A stretch of 64,000 nucleotides of DNA from positions 800,001 to 864,000 of the forward strand of contig CAWCRS010000003.1 in assembly GCA_963798085.1 (NCBI GenBank), written 5' to 3'. Source of the stretch: an uncultured Gemmatimonadales bacterium (lineage in GTDB: Bacteria; Gemmatimonadota; Gemmatimonadetes; Longimicrobiales; RSA9). This document shows positions 33,009 to 42,446 of this stretch, one piece after another. A model generated the notes under the pieces. That model was given only the letters and a program-made list of their open reading frames with translations. It did no database searches and had not been told where the DNA came from. Every line of letters begins with the position of its first letter. Within the stretch, counting starts at the first letter, position 1. The translations under genes were made by a program, and so were the position numbers.

Positions 33009-34106
33009 CTACGGCCGGCGCGCGTCGTTCAAGCGCGTGGCGAGGTCGTACCGCTCGATCCACTGCAGTCCGTCGTCGTCAATACGCATGGCGTACAACC
33101 CGCGCGCACCGATGCCGATGAGCTGCCGGTGCTCGGGCAGACGCAGCTTGCCGACGAGCACACCGCGATCGTCGAACACATCGAGCAGCTGCCGCGTCTC
33201 CGCCAGATGATCGTAGCGCACCACGATCGCGTGATGATCGCTGGTGATCCAGATGCCGTGGTACTTCACGGCGGGGAAGTGGTCGGGAAAGTTGACGCCG
33301 GGCGGCGGTCCCTTGGCGCGCCCCTCCATGTTGACCTGGCCGCCCCCCGTACCGCTCCCCGGCGTGCCCCAGGCCGCCTTGTCCGCATCCGACACGCGCA
33401 CCGCTTCGAACGGCGCATCCGGGCCCTTCTGCAGTGTGCCGTCCGGCTTCACCCAGTCCAGCCGGTATTTCTCGACGTTGCGGGCAATCGCGATCCAGCC
33501 ATCGCCCGAAACACCCCAGTAATCGTAGAACGGAAAAGCGCCCGGGTTCACACCCGGCGCCATCTTCGCGAAGCCAACCGTGTCGATCTTGCCCGCCCTG
33601 CTGAAGCGGATGATCTCCGCGTGGTCCAGTTCGGGGTGTGTGCGACGCTCGAGCCGAACCTGCGTGACCAGGTCCCAGTCAATGTTGCCCTTCAGGTCTG
33701 CCGCGGCCGGGAAACTGAAGCCCGGCTTGTCCGCGATGGGTCGCGTGTCCGCGATGTGACCATCGGGCGCGAAAATGGCCAGCCTGCCGTTGCCAATGTC
33801 GAGCAGCGCCGTGCTGTCGGCGGCCATGGCGAAGAGCTCGAGCGGCGTCCGGTACTCCTCGGGCCCTGCTCCCACGCCACCCAGCTTCGTGCGTGTCTGT
33901 TTCGCGAAGTCTGCCAGGTAGACGGCGACCTCGGTCTGATCCGAGACCAGCAGACGGCCATCGCTCAGCTCGCGCACGCCGCGGATGTGGCTGTATGGCT
34001 CACGCAGTGAATCCACCGGCTGGATCTGCGTTTCCTTCGGCCGCTGGCCGGCGGCGCCCGCCGCATTGAGAATTCCGACGGCAAGGACGACGACGTGACG
34101 TCGCAT
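33009..34106 (-). CDS. Secreted 6-bladed beta-propeller protein
   Basis: Signal peptide, ELSDGRLLVSD, G..G.GP.EY..P, DVFD..G...G, C-terminal D.DG...IERY. Confidence 0.75.
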   Translation of the reverse strand: MRRHVVVLAVGILNAAGAAGQRPKETQIQPVDSLREPYSHIRGVRELSDGRLLVSDQTEVAVYLADFAKQTRTKLGGVGAGPEEYRTPLELFAMAADSTALLDIGNGRLAIFAPDGHIADTRPIADKPGFSFPAAADLKGNIDWDLVTQVRLERRTHPELDHAEIIRFSRAGKIDTVGFAKMAPGVNPGAFPFYDYWGVSGDGWIAIARNVEKYRLDWVKPDGTLQKGPDAPFEAVRVSDADKAAWGTPGSGTGGGQVNMEGRAKGPPPGVNFPDHFPAVKYHGIWITSDHHAIVVRYDHLAETRQLLDVFDDRGVLVGKLRLPEHRQLIGIGARGLYAMRIDDDGLQWIERYDLATRLNDARRP

Positions 34107-34683
34107 ACAATGATCTCCCGCTGCGATGGCGTTTCGACGGGGTCTGCTGGCGCGCAGGACAGGCGCGGCACATACCACGCACGCCGGTGCGCGACACACG
34201 CAGCCCCGTGCGCGCTGCTGTTGGACCGCGGAACGAGGGTGGCAGTTGCCGCCTTTCGCCACTCGGCTCGTCCTGTCGCGGGCGGCGCCGCAAACCTCCG
34301 CCAGAGCGTCGCGGGGCCCTCCGATTCTGCGCGTGACGTACGTGGTTCCGTCCGTCGAACAGCTTGCCGTCACTCGCCTGTAACTGCCTGCCTGCGGTTG
34401 CCTGCCTGCATGTCCGCTCCCCGGCAAGTTGCCGCTTGCACGCCGCACGGCGGCAGTTACCTGCCTGTTGTTGCTCGCCTGCACGTCCCCCCGGTCACTC
34501 CCCGGCAGGTCGCCGCCGGCACGCCACTCGCCGGCAGTTGCATGGCTGCCGCAGCCGCTTGCGTTTGCCCCGGCTCGACTGCTGACGCCTGTCGTTGCTC
34601 GCTGCTGTTGCGCGTGCCACTGCTCGCTTGCCGTTGCTCGCCTGCTGGTGCGCTCAAGTCGTGGCAGGGTGTTGCTTATCCCT

Positions 34684-34820
34684 GCCCGCCTGACGCAGTT
34701 CGCCTGCTGGTGCGCTTCAGTCGTGGCCGGACTGGGTGGCTGGCTTGTCGCGGCCCGCCTGACGCAGTCCGCCTGCTCGTGCGCTTCGGTAGTGGCCCGC
34801 CTGAGGTGGCTGGCTTGTCG
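34684..34820. repeat. Two imperfect ~68-bp direct repeats
   Basis: GCCCGCCTGACGCAGT.CGCCTGCT.GTGCGCTTC.GT.GTGGCC...GGTGGCTGGCTTGTCG at 34684 and 34753. Confidence 0.75.
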
Positions 34821-34974
34821 TTGCGCGCCTGACGCGGCTCGACCGGCGTTGCCCGTCCTGCCGAAACCTGGCGTTCCGCGCGTACATTCCGAGCGCGCCG
34901 TTGCTCGCGCAGCGTCGCGGCCGGCCTGTCGTAACCGCGCGTGCCTTTGCGGGCCCACTGTTGCGTACGTTGCG

Positions 34975-35340
34975 GGCCTGCCCTTGCGCGTCGTGGTGGG
35001 CGTGCCGTTGCCTGTCGTGGTGGGCGTGTCGTTGCCTGTCGTGGTGGGCCTGTCGTTGCCTGTCGTGGTGGCCTGTCGTTGCCTGTCGTGGTGGCCTGTC
35101 GTTGCCTGTCGTGGTGGCCTGTCGTTGCCTGTCGTGGTGGCCTGTCGTTGCCTGTCGTGGTGGCCTGTCGTTGCCTGTCGTGGTGGCCTGTCGTTGCCTG
35201 TCGCGGTGGCCTGCCCTTGCGCGTCGTGGCGGGCCTGCCCTTGCGCGTCGGGGCGGGCCTGCCCTTGCGCGTCGTGGCGGGCCTGCCCCCGCGCGTCGTG
35301 GTGGGCCTGTCGTTGCGCGTCGTGGTGGGCCTGTCGTGGG
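34975..35340. repeat. Tandem repeat (VNTR), 23-24-bp unit, about 15 copies
   Basis: Unit GCCTGTCGTTGCCTGTCGTGGTG at 35071, 35094, 35117, 35140, 35163 (one mismatch at 35186); variants GCCTGCCCTTGCGCGTCGTGGCGG on the flanks. Confidence 0.93.
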
Positions 35341-35442
35341 GTGTACCTGACGTTGCTGTGCCTGCCGTTGCTCGCCTGCTGCGGCTTCGCCTACATTCCC
35401 GCACGTCCACAGCGACAACAGGTTCCCAACGGAGAATTGGCG

Positions 35443-36378
35443 ATGGCGGTGATGCGCAGCGCACTGCTCTGGGCCTCGCGCAACCGGTGGCTCGCGCAGC
35501 GCTTTCCGCGTTATCGCTTCGCGCAGGTGGCTGTGCGCCGCTTCATGCCCGGCACCACGGTGGATGCGGCGCTGGACGCGGCGCAGAAGTTTGTGCCCGA
35601 GAAGATCGGCACGATCTTTACGCGATTGGGCGAAAACATACGTGAGATGGACGCGGCGGGGCGCGTTGTCGAACACTACATCAATGTCCTGGGCCGAATT
35701 GCCGAGCGCCGCGTGCCCGCGCAGATCTCCGTCAAACTCACGCAGCTGGGACTCGATATCAGCGAGGATGGCGCCACCGCCAATCTCTCGACTCTGGCCG
35801 CGCGTGCCGCGGAGTCCGGCAATGTCGTGTGGGTGGACATGGAGGACAGCAGCTACGTCGACCGCACGCTCGCCGTCTTCCGCGCCGTCCTCGTGCAGCA
35901 CCGGAATCTCGGCCTCTGTGTGCAGGCGTATCTGCACCGCACGCGGAAGGATCTCGAATCACTGCTGCGCGATACGGTGGCCATCCGTCTGGTGAAGGGC
36001 GCCTACAAGGAACCCGCCACGGTCGCGTTCCCGCGCAAAAGCAATGTGGACGAGAACTACTTCAGCCTCGGCCGTATGATGCTGGAAGCGTCGAAGAGTG
36101 TAGGCGACACGCCGCGTCCCGTCTTCGGCACGCACGACATTGCTCTGCTGGGCCGACTCACGAACGCCGCCTCGAGCGCGGGCCTGAGTCCCGGCGCGTG
36201 GGAGGTCCACATGCTCTACGGCATCCGCGCCGCGGAGCAGCAGCGCATGGCGCGCGCCGGCCACAAGGTGCGTGTGCTGGTGAGCTACGGCGAGGAGTGG
36301 TTTCCGTGGTATGTGCGGCGGCTGGCGGAGCGGCCGGCGAATGTGTGGTTCGTGGTTAAGAGCAGCTTCGCGCGTTAA
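35443..36378 (+). CDS. Monofunctional proline dehydrogenase
   Basis: RRFMPG, SVKLTQLGLD, WVDMEDS, VQAYL.RT..D, IRLVKGAYKEP, GTHD, MLYGIR, YG..WFPWYVRRLAERPAN. Confidence 0.95.
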   Translation: MAVMRSALLWASRNRWLAQRFPRYRFAQVAVRRFMPGTTVDAALDAAQKFVPEKIGTIFTRLGENIREMDAAGRVVEHYINVLGRIAERRVPAQISVKLTQLGLDISEDGATANLSTLAARAAESGNVVWVDMEDSSYVDRTLAVFRAVLVQHRNLGLCVQAYLHRTRKDLESLLRDTVAIRLVKGAYKEPATVAFPRKSNVDENYFSLGRMMLEASKSVGDTPRPVFGTHDIALLGRLTNAASSAGLSPGAWEVHMLYGIRAAEQQRMARAGHKVRVLVSYGEEWFPWYVRRLAERPANVWFVVKSSFAR

Positions 36379-36395
36379 GGCGAGGTTAGGGCGGA

Positions 36396-36657
36396 CGGAC
36401 CGTCTTGGCGTTCTTGGCTTTGGCCCCATTTCCCATACACGGCGGACCGATTGCCCCAGCGCCGCATGCGCGCTGCCCGGACCGCCATGGTTCCTGGCAA
36501 ATCGGGGGTTAGACTGTGACTTGCGCGGCTGTCCAGGGACAGGTGTGCGCCCGGCGGGCGCATCCTTTCCGGTCATTTGGCCAGGCCGCGCCCACGCGCA
36601 CCTGGCAGCTTCCGATTTCTGGATGGCGCACAACCCAAGAACGCCAAGACGGTCCGA
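36396..36657. repeat. Longer (~260-bp) variant of the inverted-repeat element, copy 3
   Basis: CGGACCGTCTTGGCGTTCTT ... GGCGCACAACCCAAGAACGCCAAGACGGTCCGA with a different interior. Confidence 0.8.
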
Positions 36658-36659
36658 CG

Positions 36660-37391
36660 CTACCGCCCCCGCAGCACCGGCCCCAGCACCGACCAGACTG
36701 TAGCCGCCACCAGTCGGTGACCCTCCTCCGACGGATGGATGCCGTCGCCCTGGTTCAGCTCGGCGTGACCTCCCACACCCTCCAGCAGAAACGGGATCAG
36801 CGCGGCATGGCGTTCGCTCGCGAGATCGCGGAACGCGCGCGCGAATGCGCGTGTGTAGCGCGCGCCCAGATTCGGCGGCGCCTCCATGCCGGCGATCACG
36901 ATGGCGGCCCCGGGATACTTCGCGCGGGTTCGCGCGATGATGGAATCGAGGTTGGCCCGCATTTCGGGCACGCTCAGCCCGCGCAGCCCGTCGTTCGCGC
37001 CCAGCTCGAGCACCAGCACATCGATCGGTTCCTGCAGCGACCAGTCGAGGCGGCGCAGTCCGCCTGCCGACGTTTCCCCCGAAAGTCCCGCATTCACCAC
37101 GCGGAACGGCAGCCCCGCGGAGTCGATCTTCTGCTGGATGAGCGCGGGAAACGCGTGCTCGGCGCCCACACCGAATCCCGCGGTCAGGCTCGTGCCCAGG
37201 AACAGCACGACGCGCCGCGTGTCTTTCGAGGGTGCGTGATCCGCGGCGTCTCGTACTGAAGGCGACGCTGTGTCGGTCTGCGGTGCCGTCGTGACCGCCG
37301 CGCTGTCGACCCCGCCACCCGCGTTGCGGGTATGAGCGCCGTCGCAAGCCACGAGCAGCAGACACAGAAAGAGCATCGTCGCCCGCGCCAT
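36660..37391 (-). CDS. tesA: Arylesterase/acyl-CoA thioesterase I (SGNH hydrolase), lipoprotein
   Basis: LLVAC lipobox, FLGTSLTAG, NAGLSGETSAGGL.R, ELGANDGLRG, DGIHP. Confidence 0.9.
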   Translation of the reverse strand: MARATMLFLCLLLVACDGAHTRNAGGGVDSAAVTTAPQTDTASPSVRDAADHAPSKDTRRVVLFLGTSLTAGFGVGAEHAFPALIQQKIDSAGLPFRVVNAGLSGETSAGGLRRLDWSLQEPIDVLVLELGANDGLRGLSVPEMRANLDSIIARTRAKYPGAAIVIAGMEAPPNLGARYTRAFARAFRDLASERHAALIPFLLEGVGGHAELNQGDGIHPSEEGHRLVAATVWSVLGPVLRGR

Positions 37392-38127
37392 GGCCATTGT
37401 CGTTCGAGGACTCGAGAAGACGTACTGGAGCGCCGGCCGGCCGCTCCGCGTTTTGCAGCGCATTGATCTGGACATTGCCTCGGGCGAATTCGTCGCCATC
37501 ATCGGTCCATCGGGCAGCGGCAAGACGACGCTGCTCGGTCTGCTGGCCGGACTCGACCTGCCCAGTGCCGGCAGCATCACGATCAATGGCCAGGACCTGG
37601 GCGCTCTTACCGAAGACCAGCGCGCGTTGTTTCGGGCCGCGCACATCGGTTTCGTCTTCCAGACGTTCCAGCTGCTGCCCACACTCACCGCCCTCGAGAA
37701 TGTGCTCGTGCCGCTCGAGCTGGTGGGGAAGAGCGACGGCCGCGCCGCGCGCCGCGCGGAGGAGCTGCTCACGCGCGTCGGCCTGAGCGAGCGCACGGAT
37801 CATTACCCCGTGCAGCTTTCCGGCGGCGAACAGCAGCGCGTGGCACTCGCGCGAGCATTCGCCAACCAGCCGGCCATCCTGTTCGCCGACGAGCCCACCG
37901 GCAATCTCAATGCCGACACGGGCGCACGCGTGATCGATCTGCTGGTCGGCCTCAACGCCAGTGAAAACGCGACGCTGGTGCTGGTCACGCATGATCCAGC
38001 GCTGGCGCGACGCGCCGGTCGCGTGATCACGCTGCGCGGCGGCGCCGTGCTCTCCGATGAGCGCACGGCCGACACCCTCGCCGCGGAGCGAGCTCCGGCG
38101 GAAACCGCGGCGCGACAGCGCACATGA
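37390..38127 (+). CDS. ybbA: ABC ATP-binding protein, YbbA/LolD-like
   Basis: GPSGSGKTT, GFVFQTFQL, LSGGEQQRVA, FADEPTGNL; divergent from tesA as in the tesA-ybbA-ybbP arrangement. Confidence 0.88.
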   Translation: MAIVVRGLEKTYWSAGRPLRVLQRIDLDIASGEFVAIIGPSGSGKTTLLGLLAGLDLPSAGSITINGQDLGALTEDQRALFRAAHIGFVFQTFQLLPTLTALENVLVPLELVGKSDGRAARRAEELLTRVGLSERTDHYPVQLSGGEQQRVALARAFANQPAILFADEPTGNLNADTGARVIDLLVGLNASENATLVLVTHDPALARRAGRVITLRGGAVLSDERTADTLAAERAPAETAARQRT

Positions 38128-40667
38128 AGACCCCCTTCGCGTTGCGCCTGGCTTTGCGGGAGGGCCGCTCCAGCGCGCGCCGCCTGGGCGTGTACATGAT
38201 CGCCATCATGCTGGGCGTGGCCGCGCTGGTCGCGATCAACTCCTTCCGCGCGGCCATCACCGAATCACTGCGCGCGCAGTCGCGCGCGCTGCTGGGCGGC
38301 GACCTGCAGTTGAGCAGCAGCCGGCCGTTTCCCGATTCCGTCAACGTGGTGATGGATTCGCTCGCGGCCGCGGGCGTGCCCGTCTCGCGCGTCACCGGCA
38401 CGCTTTCCGTCGCCCTCGCCGGCAACGGCAACACCAGGCTGGTGCAGGTGCGCGCGGTAACACCCGGTTATCCGTTCTACGGCAATGTCGAGACGGATCC
38501 GCCCGGCCTCTGGGGCACGCCGGATCGGGGACTGGACGCGCTGGTCGATCCCGGCCTGCTGATCGCGCTGAGCACGAAGGTGGGCGATTCCCTGCACATC
38601 GGCAATGCCGCGTTCCGCATTGCCGGCACGCTCACAAGACCGCCCGTCGAGATCGGCTTCCGTGGCGCCATCGCGCCTCGCGTCTACATCAGCCAGGCCT
38701 GGCTGCAGCAGGCCAACCTGATCCGCTTCGGCAGCATTGTCACGTACGAAGCGTACCTGCGTCTTCCCGATCGCACCGCGCTGACGCATTTCATCGAACA
38801 GCACGAGAAACCGTTTCGCAACGCGCTCGTTCGTTCCACCACAGCGGAGGAGCAGGCGAGGAGTGTCTCGCGCGGGCTCGATCGCGCGGCGAGATTTCTC
38901 GGGCTCGTCGGTCTGACTGCCCTGCTGCTGGGCGGGCTGGGCGTGGGCAGTGCCGTGCACACATTCGTGCGTGAGAAGCGCGAGCAGATCGCCGTGCTGC
39001 GCTGCATCGGCGCCACCCGCCGCACTGCTTTCCTGGCCTACCTTTTCCAGGCCGCGGCCCTCGGCCTGGGCGGCTCGCTGCTGGGTGCGGCGCTGGGCGT
39101 CGGTGTGCAGGCACTGCTGCCTCGCCTGCTGGGCAGCGCCATCCCCGTCACGGTGGCGTTCCACCTCTATCCCCGCGAGATCCTCATCGGTCTGCTAATG
39201 GGCGGTTGGGTGGCCTTCGTGTTCGCGTGGCTGCCACTGCTCGCCGTACGCACGGTCACGCCGTTGCAGGCATTGCGGCACGACGTGCAGCCCGAGTCGC
39301 GACGTCTGGATCCCTGGCGTGTGCTGGCGTGGACGGCACTGGCCGCGAGTCTCGTCGTGCTGGGTGTGCTCCAGGCGCCTCGCCGGATCGAGGGTGTAGC
39401 CTTTGCCGGTGGTCTCGTGCTCGCGACACTGGCGCTGCGCGTCGTCGCCTGGATCCTGATGCGCGCCTCGCGCCGGCTGCTGCCTCGCCGTGCCAGCTTT
39501 GCCGTGCGCCAGGGTGTCAGCAGTCTTTTCCGCCCCGCGAACCAGACGGCCGCGGTCACCGTCGCGCTCGGCTTCGGCGTGTTCCTGATTGCAACCATCT
39601 GGATCGTGCAGCTGAATCTGCTGGACCGCATCCAGCTGGACCGGCAGAATGGTGCGCCCGACCTCGTCGCGTTCGATATCCAGTCGGATCAACGCGACGA
39701 CGTCGCCTCCACCTTCGCGTCGCTTGGCGTGCATTCCGTCAAGCTCGTGCCCATCGTGCCCGCGCGCATCGCTGCCATCGACGGGCAGACGGTGCAGCAG
39801 CTGCTGGCGCGGAAGGATCGCCGTGCCGAGCCGTGGGCGCTGCGCCGCGACTATCGCAACACGTGGCGGGCTGCGCTCTCGCCATCCGAGACGATCGTCG
39901 AAGGCGAGTGGTGGGACAGCACGAGTGCGGGCCGCGATACGTTTGCCATTCCGCGCGTGTCCGTCGAAGAGGACGTCGCGCGCACGCTCGGCGTGCGCAC
40001 CGGCAGTCGCATCACCTGGGACCTGCAGGGCGTGCAGCTGGAAACGCGTGTGGCCAGCCTGCGTCGCGTCGACTGGGCGCGTTTTGACACGAACTTCTTC
40101 GTGGTATTCGAGCCCGGTGTCATCGAACGCGCTCCGCAGATGTGGGTCGCACTCGCCGATATACCAGACCTGGCTACACGCGCTGCCGTACAGCGCGAGC
40201 TGGTCCGCAAACACGCCAATGTCACCACGCTTGATCTCGCGCTGGTGCAGCAGACCGTGACCGGCGTGATCAATCGCGTCACCCTCGCCATCCGTTTCAT
40301 GGCATTGTTCGCCGTGATCGGCGGCATCATCGTGCTGGCCGGCGCCATCGCCGCCGGTGGCGCACAACGCGCGCGCGAAACCGTGCTGCTGCGTACACTG
40401 GGCGCCACCCGACCCGTCGTGCGGCGGGTGCTCTTCGCTGAATACGCCGCCCTCGGTTCCCTTGCCGGCCTCGCGGGAACGCTGCTCGCTGCGGCCGCCG
40501 GCTGGGCACTCATGCACTGGTTCTTCGACCTGCCGTTCCGCCTTCCCGTGCTCCCGCTCGTCGTCGGCTGGCTCGGCCTCGCCGCCCTCGCCACCGCCGT
40601 CGGCAGCGCGGGCCAGCGCAACCTCCTCCGTGGCCCACCGCTCGCCGCGTTGAGGCAGGCAGAGTAG
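38124..40667 (+). CDS. ybbP: FtsX/MacB-like ABC permease, YbbP family
   Basis: LLGGDL, YPFYG, IAVLRCIGA, FDIQ.DQ, R.VDW....NF.VVF, LRTLGA; two permease halves. Confidence 0.88.
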   Translation: MKTPFALRLALREGRSSARRLGVYMIAIMLGVAALVAINSFRAAITESLRAQSRALLGGDLQLSSSRPFPDSVNVVMDSLAAAGVPVSRVTGTLSVALAGNGNTRLVQVRAVTPGYPFYGNVETDPPGLWGTPDRGLDALVDPGLLIALSTKVGDSLHIGNAAFRIAGTLTRPPVEIGFRGAIAPRVYISQAWLQQANLIRFGSIVTYEAYLRLPDRTALTHFIEQHEKPFRNALVRSTTAEEQARSVSRGLDRAARFLGLVGLTALLLGGLGVGSAVHTFVREKREQIAVLRCIGATRRTAFLAYLFQAAALGLGGSLLGAALGVGVQALLPRLLGSAIPVTVAFHLYPREILIGLLMGGWVAFVFAWLPLLAVRTVTPLQALRHDVQPESRRLDPWRVLAWTALAASLVVLGVLQAPRRIEGVAFAGGLVLATLALRVVAWILMRASRRLLPRRASFAVRQGVSSLFRPANQTAAVTVALGFGVFLIATIWIVQLNLLDRIQLDRQNGAPDLVAFDIQSDQRDDVASTFASLGVHSVKLVPIVPARIAAIDGQTVQQLLARKDRRAEPWALRRDYRNTWRAALSPSETIVEGEWWDSTSAGRDTFAIPRVSVEEDVARTLGVRTGSRITWDLQGVQLETRVASLRRVDWARFDTNFFVVFEPGVIERAPQMWVALADIPDLATRAAVQRELVRKHANVTTLDLALVQQTVTGVINRVTLAIRFMALFAVIGGIIVLAGAIAAGGAQRARETVLLRTLGATRPVVRRVLFAEYAALGSLAGLAGTLLAAAAGWALMHWFFDLPFRLPVLPLVVGWLGLAALATAVGSAGQRNLLRGPPLAALRQAE

Positions 40668-40845
40668 CAACTGCGTGGCGACAGACGCCGGGTGGTGACT
40701 GCTCCGGGCGTAGACTCGAGCATTGTCGCCGGGTGGGCTTAACGGATCATTATCACACAGAGGTTGCAGGGGTGGGGCTGATCCGGTGGACGGACTGGGA
40801 TCTGTCGGGCGTCCCGGCCTTGCGCAACGTGCGCTGTACGGTGGC

Positions 40846-41202
40846 CGTCCTGGCGTTCTCCTGACATATCGGATCGGACCGTCCTGGCGTTCTTTCCTTC
40901 CGGCCGCTCCTGCTATCAACGCGACCCGGACCGAAATGCAAACCGGTCACTCGATAGCCCGCAAAGTCGCCACCATATGCCAACGGCGCACAACCCAAGA
41001 ATGCCAGGACGGTCCGCTGCCCTGGCGTCCTGGCGTTCTCCTGACATATCGGATCGGACCGTCCTGGCGTTCTTTCCTTCCGGCCGCTCCTGCTATCAAC
41101 GCGACCCGGACCGAAATGCAAACCGGTCACTCGATAGCCCGCAAAGTCGCCACCATATGCCAACGGCGCACAACCCAAGAATGCCAGGACGGTCCGCTGC
41201 CC
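40846..41202. repeat. Exact 177-bp direct repeat (period 180), each unit containing the 143-bp element (copies 4 and 5 at 40874-41016 and 41054-41196)
   Basis: 40846-41022 reads identical to 41026-41202; an extra partial terminal repeat GAATGCCAGGACGGTCCG lies at 41211-41228. Confidence 0.93.
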
Positions 41203-41235
41203 CCTCCCACGAATGCCAGGACGGTCCGGCAGCCC

Positions 41236-42282
41236 CTACTTCTTCCGCACCACCGAAACCACAATGCCCACCGCGGTGAGCGGCAGCGCGAACATGAGCA
41301 TGATCGTGCTGAACGCCGCGAGCGCATCGTGCTGTGCAGCCTCGAGCATGAGGTAGGTGATGTAGGCACCGTAGTAGAAGAGGAAGAGCAGGCCCTCGGC
41401 CCGGCTGATGCGGCCGCCGGTCGCGAAGATGGGGAGGCAGGCGGCGGCGACGGCCACCATTACGGGGATGTCGAAGCGGTTGGCGGAATGCGAGACGAGG
41501 ATGCCGTGCGGCGCCATCAGGCTGCTCACGCCCATGATGGCGAAGATGTTGAAGATGTTGCTGCCCACAATGTTCCCTACGGCAATGTCGCGCTCCCCCT
41601 CGAGCGCGGCTACGACCGAGGTCGCGAGTTCGGGCAGTGATGTGCCTGCGGCGACGATGGTGAGTGCGATGATCAGCTCGCTGACGCCCAGGCGGCGCGC
41701 CACGATCAGGGCTCCGGTCAGGAGTCGCCGCGAGCCGTAGATCAGCAGCGCCAGTCCCCCGACGACGAGGGCAAGGTCCACGATCAGGCGAGTCCACGTG
41801 AACCGCCGGTCCACATGCTTGGACTCCTGCGCCCGTACCGTGGGGTCGTTCCGGCCGTGCCGCACGAGCAGCGTGGTGTACGCGATCGCGGCCACCGCGA
41901 ACAGCAGGCCTTCCACCCGGCCAATCCGGCCATCCAGGCTCGCGAGCATCAGTGACAGCGACGCCAGCACCATGACCGGCACGTACAGCCGCACCAGCTG
42001 CGCCGACACCGTGAGCGGCACGATCAGCGCCGAGAGCCCGAGGATGAACAGCACGTTGAAGATGTTGCTGCCCACCACATTGCCTAACGCAATGTCAGGC
42101 TGCTGGTGCAGCGTGGCCAGTGTGCTGACCGCCAGCTCCGGCGCGCTCGTGCCGTAGGCCACAACCGTGAGGCCGATCACCAGCGCAGGCACGCCCGCGA
42201 CCACCGCCAGCCGCGAAGCCCCCCGCACCAGCAGGTCCGCCCCCACGACCAGCAGCACCAGCCCGAGGATTACGTCTGCCAC
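41236..42282 (-). CDS. Calcium/sodium antiporter (YrbG/CaCA family)
   Basis: Two alpha repeats GTSAPEL...GNVVGSNIFN and GTSLPEL...GNIVGSNIFN. Confidence 0.94.
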   Translation of the reverse strand: MADVILGLVLLVVGADLLVRGASRLAVVAGVPALVIGLTVVAYGTSAPELAVSTLATLHQQPDIALGNVVGSNIFNVLFILGLSALIVPLTVSAQLVRLYVPVMVLASLSLMLASLDGRIGRVEGLLFAVAAIAYTTLLVRHGRNDPTVRAQESKHVDRRFTWTRLIVDLALVVGGLALLIYGSRRLLTGALIVARRLGVSELIIALTIVAAGTSLPELATSVVAALEGERDIAVGNIVGSNIFNIFAIMGVSSLMAPHGILVSHSANRFDIPVMVAVAAACLPIFATGGRISRAEGLLFLFYYGAYITYLMLEAAQHDALAAFSTIMLMFALPLTAVGIVVSVVRKK

Positions 42283-42446
42283 AAGCTACGACCGCGCGCC
42301 CCCGCTCAGGAAAGCCGGATCCGTGCGCGGCACAGCCGCAACCCCGGCAGCATCGTGTCCGTTTCGACGACACTCATTTCGGCGTACCAGCGGCTCGTTC
42401 ATCCCGGGCCCCGCGCGAGGCGGCCCTGCCCGTTTTCCCGCCCGCC

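Noticed and set aside
34975..35340. Possible CRISPR array
   Set aside because: Units are directly adjacent with no unique spacers, and no cas genes are present; it is a tandem repeat
34429..35442. Long N-terminal extension of proline dehydrogenase, and the 649-aa version of the propeller ORF on the opposite strand
   Set aside because: Frames stay open because the repeat region lacks stop codons; recognisable domains begin at 35443 and 34106
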